Shown here: in pieces, positions 1 to 6,858 of the stretch
Position numbering within the stretch: position 1 is the first letter of the stretch
Layout: every line of letters starts with the position of its first letter
NCBI GenBank assembly: GCA_005240075.1
Contig: SBBF01000080.1
Span: forward strand, 1-29,838
Direction: 5' to 3'
Source of the DNA: Nitrospira sp.
GTDB taxonomy: Bacteria > UBA10199 > SBBF01
Length of the DNA stretch: 29,838 nt
Notes under the pieces: generated by a model
Told to the model about the DNA's origin: nothing
What the model saw: the letters and a program-made list of their open reading frames with translations, nothing else
Database searches by the model: none
Made by a program: the position numbers and the translations under genes

Positions 1-97
1 ACAACCGTCATGTAAAAAAGAAATCACAAAAACCAGTCCTGTTGCCTGGGGGAATTTGACATGGCCACGACTGGGGGATTTTCAAGTGGCCACCGGG

Positions 98-180
98 GTC
101 ATCCAGCACTTAAAAGCTTTTGAGTGCTGGATAAACCCCCCGTTGGTTCGTTCGGACTGGCAAAGCCAGATCCTCACTCA
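98..180 (+). repeat. Composite hairpin element, copy A: a 32-nt near-perfect palindrome ATCCAGCACTTAAAAGCTTTTGAGTGCTGGAT at 101-132, followed by the family hairpin CTGGCAAAGCCAG at 157-169
   Basis: The palindrome is self-complementary with one mismatch. A near-identical composite recurs in inverted orientation at 14255-14365. The 13-mer is shared with 6350-6362, 6822-6834, 8432-8444 and 14267-14279. Confidence 0.8.
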
Positions 181-226
181 CAATCCATTTCAAAAATAAA
201 GAAAATATTGCCTCAGAGCATTTTTA

Positions 227-535
227 ATGCCATACTTTAATATGGCTAAAGATATTTACTTTGGTTCTTTTGTATGGAACCAAAATAAGGAGGCCATCAA
301 TTTAAAGACACATCGTCTTGATTTTAAAAAGGCCACTGATGCTTTTTTTGATCCCTATCGCATTATTGCAACGGATGAGGTACATAGCGCGGATGAACCC
401 CGATATTTTTGTATTGGCAAGGTTGGAAAAAAAGTAGCTACAGTCAGATTCACTTACCGAGAAAACAAAATTAGAATCATCGGAGCCGGTTTTTGGCGCA
501 AAGGGAGAAAATTTTATGAGAAAAAAAACAATTAA
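227..535 (+). CDS. brnT: BrnT-like toxin (DUF497 family ribonuclease)
   Basis: A 102-aa ORF carrying the DUF497 pattern: FVWNQNKEAINLKTHRLDF, FFDP, DEVHSADEPRYFCIGK and IRIIGAGF(A)RK...FY. It overlaps the downstream partner by 20 nt. Confidence 0.7.
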   Translation: MPYFNMAKDIYFGSFVWNQNKEAINLKTHRLDFKKATDAFFDPYRIIATDEVHSADEPRYFCIGKVGKKVATVRFTYRENKIRIIGAGFWRKGRKFYEKKNN

Positions 536-758
536 ACGGACCGGTTGGCATGACCAACCGGTAGGATCTCTCAAGGAAATAACCGATTTTCTTCCCCCTC
601 CTGATCAGTTGGTAAGGCCGGAAAAAAGCGTAAAAATTACGCTTTCTCTTGATAAAGAAAGCCTCGGTTTTTTTAAAAGGATGGCTAGGGAGCGGGGAAC
701 AAAATATCAGAGAATGATCCGTGCTGTCATCCGTGGCTATGCCGCTCATTATTCGTAA
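516..758 (+). CDS. brnA: BrnA-like antitoxin (CopG/RHH-type, type II TA)
   Basis: An 80-aa ORF. Its C-terminus KITLSLDKESLGFFKRMARERGTKYQRMIRAVIRGY matches the BrnA ...irlded.l.wfK...GYQt.iN..LR.y pattern. It is translationally coupled to brnT. Confidence 0.65.
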   Translation: MRKKTIKRTGWHDQPVGSLKEITDFLPPPDQLVRPEKSVKITLSLDKESLGFFKRMARERGTKYQRMIRAVIRGYAAHYS

Positions 759-767
759 ATCCTACTC

Positions 768-1184
768 ATGCCCTCATTTCCTGTCTCCCAATCTAAGATA
801 GCGGAACTGATCCGGCTCATGGAAAAATATGGGGTCCAGGAACAGGATTTGGAGGAAAAGTTTGTCCGAGGCTCCGGCGCCGGAGGGCAGAAAATCAACA
901 AAACCTCCTCCTCAGTCTGGCTCCTCCATCGCCCGACCGGTATGCATGTTAAATGTCAGTCATCCCGATCGCAGGCCTTAAACCGCTTTTTGGCGCGCCG
1001 CCTGCTGGTCCAGGAAATAGCGAACCAAATTGAGAGGGCCAAAAGCGCAGAGCAACAGCGGATTGAAAAAATCAGAAGACAAAAAAGAAAAAGATCCAGA
1101 CGCGCCAAAGAAAAAATGCTTGCGGAAAAGAATCAAAACAAGTCAAAACGACAAGAACGACAGATTCCGTGGAAAGAATATTAA
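768..1184 (+). CDS. arfB: ArfB/YaeJ-type ribosome rescue peptidyl-tRNA hydrolase (class I release-factor GGQ domain)
   Basis: A 138-aa protein with the GGQ motif (RGSGAGGQKINKTSS) and a long Lys/Arg-rich C-terminal tail, the size and architecture of ArfB. Its stop overlaps the next start (TAATG). Confidence 0.7.
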   Translation: MPSFPVSQSKIAELIRLMEKYGVQEQDLEEKFVRGSGAGGQKINKTSSSVWLLHRPTGMHVKCQSSRSQALNRFLARRLLVQEIANQIERAKSAEQQRIEKIRRQKRKRSRRAKEKMLAEKNQNKSKRQERQIPWKEY

Positions 1185-1726
1185 TGGAAAAACAAAAACA
1201 GAGATCCAAAAAATTCTTCTGGATCGACATGGAAATGACCGGTCTTAACGAAGCGGTCGATGTGATTTTAGAGGTTGCCTGCGTTGTGACAGATCTTGAT
1301 TTTACTGTGCTTGAAGAATACACAACAGTTGTGTTTCAACCTCCTGAAGCGCTCTCCAGAATGGATGACTGGTGCAAAAAAACGCATGGTGAAAGCGGAT
1401 TAACACTGGAAGTGGCAAAGGGAAAAGCGCTTGGGGAGGTTGAAAAAGATTTAAATGACATCATCGATCGTCATTTTCTGCCAGATGAAAAAATTGTTCT
1501 GGCCGGAAACTCCGTGGGAAACGATAGACGCTTTGTCGACAAATACATGCCGGCATTTGCCAAGCGTCTTCATTACCGTTTGATGGATGTCAGTTCTTTT
1601 AAGGAAGTGTTTCGTGAAAAATACGGGGTTGAAGTGAAAAAAAAGGATGTCCATCGGGCCAGAGCCGATATTGATGAGTCGATTGAAGAGTTGAAGAAAT
1701 ACTTGAGCCTCGTAAGCCCCTCTTAA
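1184..1726 (+). CDS. orn: Oligoribonuclease (DEDDh 3'-5' exonuclease)
   Basis: FFWIDMEMTGL is the Orn N-terminal motif. It also carries ...GNSVGNDRRFVDKYMP...HYRLMDVSS...H...DIDESIEEL. An alternative GTG start at 1169 is in frame. The ATG at 1184 overlaps the arfB stop. Confidence 0.85.
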   Translation: MEKQKQRSKKFFWIDMEMTGLNEAVDVILEVACVVTDLDFTVLEEYTTVVFQPPEALSRMDDWCKKTHGESGLTLEVAKGKALGEVEKDLNDIIDRHFLPDEKIVLAGNSVGNDRRFVDKYMPAFAKRLHYRLMDVSSFKEVFREKYGVEVKKKDVHRARADIDESIEELKKYLSLVSPS

Positions 1727-1825
1727 AAATCCCCTTCCCTTTTTAACCAGATTTTGTAATGTCCCCCCGCAAATGCAAATTTACAGGGTTATCCAATCAT
1801 GAACAAAACAAGAAAGCCCTTGAGC

Positions 1826-1905
1826 GAAGGATCTGGCTTGGCCAGTTCTGAGTTTGGAGGCTCCCTTCATGGGCCGCCGGAGGCGGACCGGAAGGTACAT
1901 AATGG
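1826..1905 (+). repeat. Composite hairpin element, copy H, in the opposite orientation to copies B to F: GAAGGATCTGGCTTGGCCAG...CCCTTCATGG-[GCCGCCGGAGGCGGAC]-CGGAAGGTACATAATG
   Basis: It contains the covarying hairpin CTGGC-TTG-GCCAG (1833-1845) and the CCTTCATGG...CGGAAGG module. It ends with GGAAGGTACATA-ATG (ATG at 1902), 16 nt before the 1918 start. Confidence 0.75.
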
Positions 1906-1917
1906 AGATAAAAACAT

Positions 1918-2448
1918 ATGAGAACAAGCATGACTTTATTCGTGGCAATTTTGGCTTTTACCTTCTCGTACGGCGCGGCGCATGCCGTCAGCCTCGATTG
2001 GGAAGGAAAAAAGTGCGTTATCGTTGACGGATCTTTTAAGGTCTGCAAGCCGGATAGCGAATGGGACACCCAGAAAACTCAGGATAATTCCCGTCCGATC
2101 AAATGGGTCCTCCACAAAAAGGATGTCAACCCGGTCATCTGGCTCCGTTATGACGAAAACGTGAGCGGACAGACAGCGCATGACTACGCGAAAGTGTTGC
2201 GCGGCAGTCTGGAATCCCGCGGAGTTGATGTTCAAAAAACAACAAACCTGGTGATCAAGGGACGAAACGTCTCCATCATCGAAGGCAAAAACAGCAGCAA
2301 CGACCTCAAGTATCTGGTGGGGGTCTGGAGAAACAAGGCCAAAGGGTTTTCCCTGGAATGCACGGCCAATCCGGGTGATTTTGAAGATTACCGGGATGCA
2401 TGCATGACCGCGATTGAATCAGTCAAGATCGTCAGCGAACTGCATTAA
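1918..2448 (+). CDS. Secreted hypothetical protein of 176 aa with an N-terminal signal peptide; four Cys
   Basis: A clean signal peptide MRTSMTLFVAILAFTFSYGAAHA. GGAG lies 10 nt upstream. It is followed by an intrinsic terminator. No family was recognised. Confidence 0.65.
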   Translation: MRTSMTLFVAILAFTFSYGAAHAVSLDWEGKKCVIVDGSFKVCKPDSEWDTQKTQDNSRPIKWVLHKKDVNPVIWLRYDENVSGQTAHDYAKVLRGSLESRGVDVQKTTNLVIKGRNVSIIEGKNSSNDLKYLVGVWRNKAKGFSLECTANPGDFEDYRDACMTAIESVKIVSELH

Positions 2449-2476
2449 CATCGAGAAAGAAAATGGTACACAAAAA

Positions 2477-2513
2477 CCCCTCGTGACTCGCGAGGGGTTT
2501 TTTATTTTTTTTC
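2477..2513. terminator. Bidirectional rho-independent terminator between the convergent 1918-2448 gene and cysA
   Basis: An 8-bp GC stem (CCCCTCGT/GCGAGGGG, 2477-2497) is flanked by an A-tract upstream and TTTTTTATTTTTTTT downstream. Confidence 0.8.
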
Positions 2514-3539
2514 AAACACGTGGGCCGCGGTGACCATCACGTAAACAGTTTTCCCTTTGGTAAATCCGCTTAAACCGGCAACTCCGGTAGGAATATGGGC
2601 GATGACATGTTGACCCGGCTCCATCTCGATATCCAACAGTTCGGTCGCTCCCAGATATTGAAGGGAACGAATGGTTCCCGGCCATCCCCCCCGCTCTTTA
2701 TAGGAGGTTACATAAACATCATTGGGTCTGAACAGAACAGTCGCCTGAGTCCCCTCCTGCAGATGAACCGCTTTAAAGCGAAAATGCCCCCAGGCTACCT
2801 CTCCCGCAGTCACAACGCCATCAATGCGATTGGTCTCCCCGACAAAAGCGGCCACAAATTCGGTGGCCGGGAAATTAAAAATATCCTGCGGGGGGGCGTT
2901 CTGCTCAATTCTGCCTTTGTTAACGACGAGAATGCGGTCCGATACTTCAAACGCTTCATCCTGATCGTGGGTGACCAGAAGAGTGGTTAATTGGACGCGA
3001 TGATGGAGTTCCTTAAGCCAGCTTCGTAATTCTTTTCTCAAGCGGGTGTCCAGCGCCCCGAAAGGTTCATCCAGCAAAAGAAGCTCCGGCTCTGGCGCCA
3101 GTGCCCGCGCCAGTGCCACCCTCTGCCGCTGACCACCGGAGAGTTGGGAGGGCATTCTTTTGTCCAACCCTTCAAGGCCTACCAGACCCAGAAGTTTTCG
3201 AGCCCGATCCAGCCTTTCACCAGTTTTGACTCCCCGGACTTTCAATCCAAAAGCAATGTTATCAATAACCGACAAATGGCGAAAAAGGGCAAAGTGCTGG
3301 AAGACAAAACCGACTTTTCTATTCTGAACCGGCACTTCAGTTACATCTTCTCCCTTCACCTCAATCCGGCCGGCAGTCGGTGTTTCCAGACCGGCAATGC
3401 AACGAAGCACCGTCGATTTTCCGGAACCGGATGGCCCCAGCAGAGTGACAAACTCCCCTTTTTCGACCAGAAAAGAAATGTTATCGACGGCGGTGAATCC
3501 GTTGAATGATTTGACCAGATTTTCTACTCGGATAGACAT
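2502..3539 (-). CDS. cysA: Sulfate/thiosulfate ABC transporter ATP-binding protein with a C-terminal TOBE domain
   Basis: Walker A GPSGSGKST, signature LSGGQRQRVALARAL and Walker B LLLDEP. The C-terminal roughly 110 aa form a MOP/TOBE-like domain. It is the last gene of a cysT-cysW-cysA arrangement. Confidence 0.9.
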   Translation of the reverse strand: MSIRVENLVKSFNGFTAVDNISFLVEKGEFVTLLGPSGSGKSTVLRCIAGLETPTAGRIEVKGEDVTEVPVQNRKVGFVFQHFALFRHLSVIDNIAFGLKVRGVKTGERLDRARKLLGLVGLEGLDKRMPSQLSGGQRQRVALARALAPEPELLLLDEPFGALDTRLRKELRSWLKELHHRVQLTTLLVTHDQDEAFEVSDRILVVNKGRIEQNAPPQDIFNFPATEFVAAFVGETNRIDGVVTAGEVAWGHFRFKAVHLQEGTQATVLFRPNDVYVTSYKERGGWPGTIRSLQYLGATELLDIEMEPGQHVIAHIPTGVAGLSGFTKGKTVYVMVTAAHVFEKK

Positions 3540-3542
3540 TTA

Positions 3543-3668
3543 TATACCTTCCCGCTTCGCGATGAAGGAAGCCCCCAATCTCAGAACTGGCTACTTGTAC
3601 TTCGCAAAGCCGATGGCTTTGCTACGCGGCCAAGCCAAGCTTGGCCTTGTAGCCAGATTCTTCGTCAT
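3543..3668 (+). repeat. Composite hairpin element, copy B, expanded with nested hairpins, occupying the whole cysW-cysA intergenic spacer
   Basis: ATACCTTCCCGCTTCGCGATGAAGGAAGC...CTGGCTAC[GCAAAGCC-ATC-GGCTTTGC][GGCCAAGC-CAA-GCTTGGCC]GTAGCCAGATTCTTC. Read on the minus strand it ends GGAAGGTATATAA-ATG, the cysA start. Confidence 0.8.
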
Positions 3669-3682
3669 ATGGCATCCGTGTA

Positions 3683-4573
3683 TTATTTCGAATGTGTTTT
3701 CCATTCAACTAGTGCCTTTAATACAAGAGTTGCCAGCGCCAGCAACCCCAATAACGAAGCGACAGAAAACGCGCCGATAAAATTATATTCGTTGTAAAGA
3801 ATTTCAACCTGCAACGGCATGGTGGTTGTCAATCCCTGAATATGCCCTGAAACAACGGATACCGCGCCAAACTCCCCCATCGCTCTGGCATTGAGGAGAA
3901 TAACCCCATAAAGCATTCCCCAGCGAATGTTGGGAAGAGTCACCAAAAAAAAAGTTTGCCAACCGCTGGCTCCCAACGTCAACGAGGCTTCTTCCTCCTC
4001 GTTCCCCTGAGCCTGCATGAGAGGGATTAATTCACGCGCTACAAAGGGGAAAGTGACAAAAACGGTCGTGATCACAATCCCCGGAACGGCAAAGATAATT
4101 TTGATGTCGTGCGCGTTCAAAAAAGAACCCAAAAGACCCTGAGATCCAAACAAGAGCACAAAGACCAACCCCGAGACGACGGGGGAAACGCTAAACGGCA
4201 AATCAATGAGGGAAATCAAAAATCGTTTTCCAAAAAATTCGAATTTGGCAATCGCCCAGGCGGCTGAAATCCCAAAAATCACGTTCAAGGGAATTGAAAT
4301 AGCCGCGACGGTCAGAGTCAAGCGGATGGCCGACAGATTTTCAGGCGTGAACAACGATTGAATATATCTGACAAAACCCTCGTTAAAGGCACCCGCAAAA
4401 ACAGTTAGAAGGGGGAGAATCAGCACAAAGAAAACAATTCCCAACGCCAGAAAAGTCAAAATAAGGCGGATTTCTTTCCTTTCCGAAACGACGGATGGAT
4501 AAAGCGAAGTTGGAAAAATATTAAAGTTTTTCCGGATCATGATTCCTTTTCTCTCCCCATCCCTGAAGCCCAT
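3683..4573 (-). CDS. cysW: Sulfate ABC transporter permease CysW
   Basis: A multi-TM ABC permease with an EAA-like loop, sitting between cysT and cysA. The likely true start is the internal Met at 4540 (MIRKNF...). Confidence 0.85.
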   Translation of the reverse strand: MGFRDGERKGIMIRKNFNIFPTSLYPSVVSERKEIRLILTFLALGIVFFVLILPLLTVFAGAFNEGFVRYIQSLFTPENLSAIRLTLTVAAISIPLNVIFGISAAWAIAKFEFFGKRFLISLIDLPFSVSPVVSGLVFVLLFGSQGLLGSFLNAHDIKIIFAVPGIVITTVFVTFPFVARELIPLMQAQGNEEEEASLTLGASGWQTFFLVTLPNIRWGMLYGVILLNARAMGEFGAVSVVSGHIQGLTTTMPLQVEILYNEYNFIGAFSVASLLGLLALATLVLKALVEWKTHSK

Positions 4574-5366
4574 TGATCAAAAACAAAAGTAGAAACGAGC
4601 AAACCAGCATCACAACTCCGATGGCGGTGGCCCCTGCGGTATCGTATTGTTCCAGCTTGGTGATAATCAACAGGGGGACAATTTCGGTTCTCATCGGCAT
4701 GTTGCCGGCAATAAAGACAACCGAGCCGTATTCTCCTAGCGCTCTTGCAAAGGCGAGCGCAAATCCGGTAGTCAAAGCGGGAAAAAGAGCAGGAAGAATG
4801 ATGTAGAAGAATGTTTTGATTCGCCCCGCCCCCATGCAGGCGGCCGCTTCTTCCATGTCGATATCCAGATCCTGCAAAACCGGCTGAACGGTTCTCACCA
4901 CAAACGGAAAGCTGATAAAGGTGAGCGCCAGAACGATTCCCAGCGGCGAAAAAGCGGTTTTGATTCCCAGCGGATCGAACAAGCGCCCCATCAATCCGTC
5001 GGGCGCATAAAGGGTGGTGAGCGCAATGCCGGCCACAGCGGTCGGGAGGGCAAAGGGGAGATCGACCAGAATGTCCACAATTCGTTTCCCCCAAAAATCG
5101 TAGCGTACCAGCACCCAGGCGACCAAAAGACCGCAAAAAAAATTGATGCTGGCTGCTCCCAATGAAGCGCCGAAACTCAACTTGTACGCCGCCATCAGGC
5201 GGGGAGAAGTAGCCGCCTCCAGAAACTCCGGTCCTGTCAGCGTTGTCGATTTGACAAACAACATCGCAAGGGGAATCAAAACAATCAGACTTAAGTAAAA
5301 AAGGGTAAATCCGAGCGATAATCCAAAACCGGGAATGACGCTTTTTTGCTTCCAGAAAATTTTCAT
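4521..5366 (-). CDS. cysT: Sulfate ABC transporter permease CysT
   Basis: MKIFWKQKSVIPGFGLSLGFTLFYLSLIVLIPL... matches the CysT N-terminus. The 38 codons upstream in the track ORF read through the tRNA-Ser gene and are an artefact. GGAGG lies about 15 nt upstream of the ATG at 5366. Confidence 0.85.
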   Translation of the reverse strand: MKIFWKQKSVIPGFGLSLGFTLFYLSLIVLIPLAMLFVKSTTLTGPEFLEAATSPRLMAAYKLSFGASLGAASINFFCGLLVAWVLVRYDFWGKRIVDILVDLPFALPTAVAGIALTTLYAPDGLMGRLFDPLGIKTAFSPLGIVLALTFISFPFVVRTVQPVLQDLDIDMEEAAACMGAGRIKTFFYIILPALFPALTTGFALAFARALGEYGSVVFIAGNMPMRTEIVPLLIITKLEQYDTAGATAIGVVMLVCSFLLLFLINGLQGWGEKRNHDPEKL

Positions 5367-5387
5367 GAAATAAGAAAATATCCTCCG

Positions 5388-5474
5388 CGGAGAGAGTGGG
5401 ATTCGAACCCACGGTACCGGTGAAGGTACACACGCTTTCCAAGCGTGCGCCTTAAGCCGCTCGGCCATCTCTCC
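5388..5474 (-). tRNA. tRNA-Ser (anticodon GGA), type II with a long variable arm
   Basis: Manual fold: acceptor GGAGAGA/TCTCTCC, anticodon stem CACGC/GCGTG with loop TTGGAAA, a 17-nt variable arm, T-arm GTGGG-TTCGAAT-CCCAC. TATAAT lies about 17 nt upstream. Confidence 0.85.
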
Positions 5475-5519
5475 GCGCAAAATACTCAGTTATTATAATT
5501 TTCTATCTTTATTCTTTGA

Positions 5520-6263
5520 TTATTGCAACCGGAAGGAATCAGGGGTGTTTTCAAGAACCATATCGGCCAAAAAAGCTTTTTCTTCGTCAGTTGAAATGGT
5601 GCAGGTTTCTGGATCATCATCCTGCTGCTGCTGAAATTTTCCGTTGGCCTTGAATACGACGGCATTCCCGTCAACTTCAAAATCGTCATCCAGCGTAAAT
5701 ACCGCATACCAGTCTTCTTTGCTATTCGCTTTCATAGTAACCGCCTCAAAAGATCCATTTCTGTTAATGGGTGTCGTGACAATTTCGCCGGTGCTCACAT
5801 TCATGACAATCGCTTCCTTTTCATCTTCTCCTTTATCAAAAGTGGAGGGAGCTCCTCGAAGAGTAATCTGCACGGCCGATGAGTTCGTTTTGCCAAGAGC
5901 CGCCATTCTGGTTCCACTGCTTTTTGTACTGGCTTTCGTCAGAGCAGATGCCGTGGTGTCAGTCGATTTTTCACATTTCCCAATTGTGATTGGAATTGAA
6001 GTGGGATCATCCGATGGAGCAGAATAGGAACCCTCTCCTGTTGTGCCACCATCATCAGCTTCCCCTGTATCGTCACCACCGTCAGTTCCTGTGGCTTTCC
6101 CATCTCCCGTGGCTCCGTTGCTATAATCATAATAAATGTGCCCCCCCGTCACTCCCCCTTCCGTGGAACTGGGAATACCAGCTGTCGTGCCGCCACAATG
6201 GGCAATCAAAATTGTCAGGAGTAAAAGTAGAAAATTCTTCGATTGGATTCTGCCCCACATCAT
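5520..6263 (-). CDS. Putative secreted lipoprotein of 247 aa with a Gly/Thr/Asp-rich low-complexity linker
   Basis: Signal peptide with a Cys (LLLLLTILIAHCGG), a long G/T/D-rich region, then a C-terminal globular part. No family was recognised. Confidence 0.6.
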   Translation of the reverse strand: MMWGRIQSKNFLLLLLTILIAHCGGTTAGIPSSTEGGVTGGHIYYDYSNGATGDGKATGTDGGDDTGEADDGGTTGEGSYSAPSDDPTSIPITIGKCEKSTDTTASALTKASTKSSGTRMAALGKTNSSAVQITLRGAPSTFDKGEDEKEAIVMNVSTGEIVTTPINRNGSFEAVTMKANSKEDWYAVFTLDDDFEVDGNAVVFKANGKFQQQQDDDPETCTISTDEEKAFLADMVLENTPDSFRLQ

Positions 6264-6320
6264 TATTTTTGGGGCCCCTTCGGCCCATTTGTCGCTATTC
6301 GCGTTATTTTATTCCGGGCC

Positions 6321-6375
6321 TCAGATGGTCCCAAACCCCGTGTTCAGGACTGGCAAAGCCAGATCCTTCACTTAC
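6321..6375 (+). repeat. Partial family element, copy G (module 2 only): ...GTTCAGGACTGGCAAAGCCAGATCCTTCACTTAC
   Basis: Exact 13-mer CTGGCAAAGCCAG at 6350-6362, with flanks matching copy A (AAACCCC..GTTC.GGACTGGCAAAGCCAGATCCTCACTCAC). Confidence 0.75.
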
Positions 6376-6518
6376 TTAATATGCAAAGATGATGCCAAAT
6401 TAGTCGAAATTATATATCTATAAACTATTGAAATTATTAATCTAATTTTAATAAAAAAACAACTACGGGGAATGAATCCCCCATCTTATGCTTATTTTGA
6501 GGCATGAAGACAACATCC

Positions 6519-6597
6519 GATACCTTCCCGCTCGCTTTGCTCGCGATGAAGGAAGCCTCCCATCTCAGAACGGGCCAAGCCCGATTCTTCTCTCGTG
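6519..6597 (+). repeat. Composite hairpin element, copy C
   Basis: GATACCTTCCCGCTCGCTTTGCTCGCGATGAAGGAAGCCTCCCATCTCAGAACGGGCCAAGCCCGATTCTTC. The module-2 hairpin is CGGGC-CAA-GCCCG, a compensatory variant of CTGGC-AAA-GCCAG. Confidence 0.8.
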
Positions 6598-6663
6598 GGC
6601 GGTCGTGTTCTGACTGCTGGCAAGATTATCTTGCCAAAATAAATTAAGTGGATAAGTTGCCTG

Positions 6664-6761
6664 TCAGCCGGGCCCCGTGCAAAGGTATAAATACTCAATC
6701 CCGCCAGATCCGGAAGGAAGCAACGGTAGGTTTTTTTCCTTGTGCCGCGGTCAGCCCGGTG
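6664..6761 (+). ncRNA. ffs: Candidate small SRP RNA (4.5S-type ffs) immediately upstream of dnaX
   Basis: AGAUCCGGAAGGAAGCAACGG at 6707-6726 matches the conserved SRP domain-IV motif GGUCCGGAAGGAAGCAGCC (GGAA tetraloop with an asymmetric AGCA internal loop). The 5' CCGGGC pairs with the 3' GCCCGG, and GUGCAAAGG pairs with CCUUGUGC. The ffs-dnaX-ybaB-recR synteny is known, for example in Bacillus. The ends are approximate. Confidence 0.5.
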
Positions 6762-6768
6762 ATTATTT

Positions 6769-6850
6769 GTATACCTTCCCGCTCACTGCGTTCGCGATGA
6801 AGGAGGCTTCCGGGCTCAAAACTGGCAAAGCCAGATTTTTCGTTCGGTAG
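6769..6850 (+). repeat. Composite hairpin element, copy D, ending 9 nt before the dnaX start
   Basis: TATACCTTCCCGCTCACTGCGTTCGCGATGAAGGAGGCTTCCGGGCTCAAAACTGGCAAAGCCAGATTTTTCGTTCGG, with the exact 13-mer at 6822-6834. Confidence 0.8.
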
Positions 6851-6858
6851 CGACAACT

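Noticed and set aside
1169-1183. The GTG at 1169 as the orn start
   Set aside because: The ATG at 1184 gives an N-terminus of E. coli-like length before the WIDLEMTGL motif. It forms a TAATG stop-start overlap with arfB and has a GGAAAG 8 nt upstream. The GTG remains possible.
1902-2027. The ATG at 1902, directly after the element's GGAAGGTACATA, as the start of the 1918 gene
   Set aside because: It is in a different frame from the signal-peptide-bearing ORF and terminates after 41 codons. The 1918 ATG (GGAG 10 nt upstream, clean signal peptide) is the gene start. The 1902 frame could still be a short upstream ORF.
4537-5442. A 301-aa minus-strand ORF overlapping cysT in another frame
   Set aside because: It is Arg/Gly/Cys/His-rich low-complexity translation with no domain signal. 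It is entirely embedded in the clearly recognisable CysT permease frame, so it is an overlapping-frame artefact.
5367-5480. The N-terminal 38 codons of the track ORF 4521-5480 (MRGEMAERLKAHAWKACVPSPVPWVRIPLSPRR...)
   Set aside because: This stretch is the reverse-strand translation of the tRNA-Ser(GGA) gene. The CysT start is the Met at 5366, which has a GGAGG upstream.
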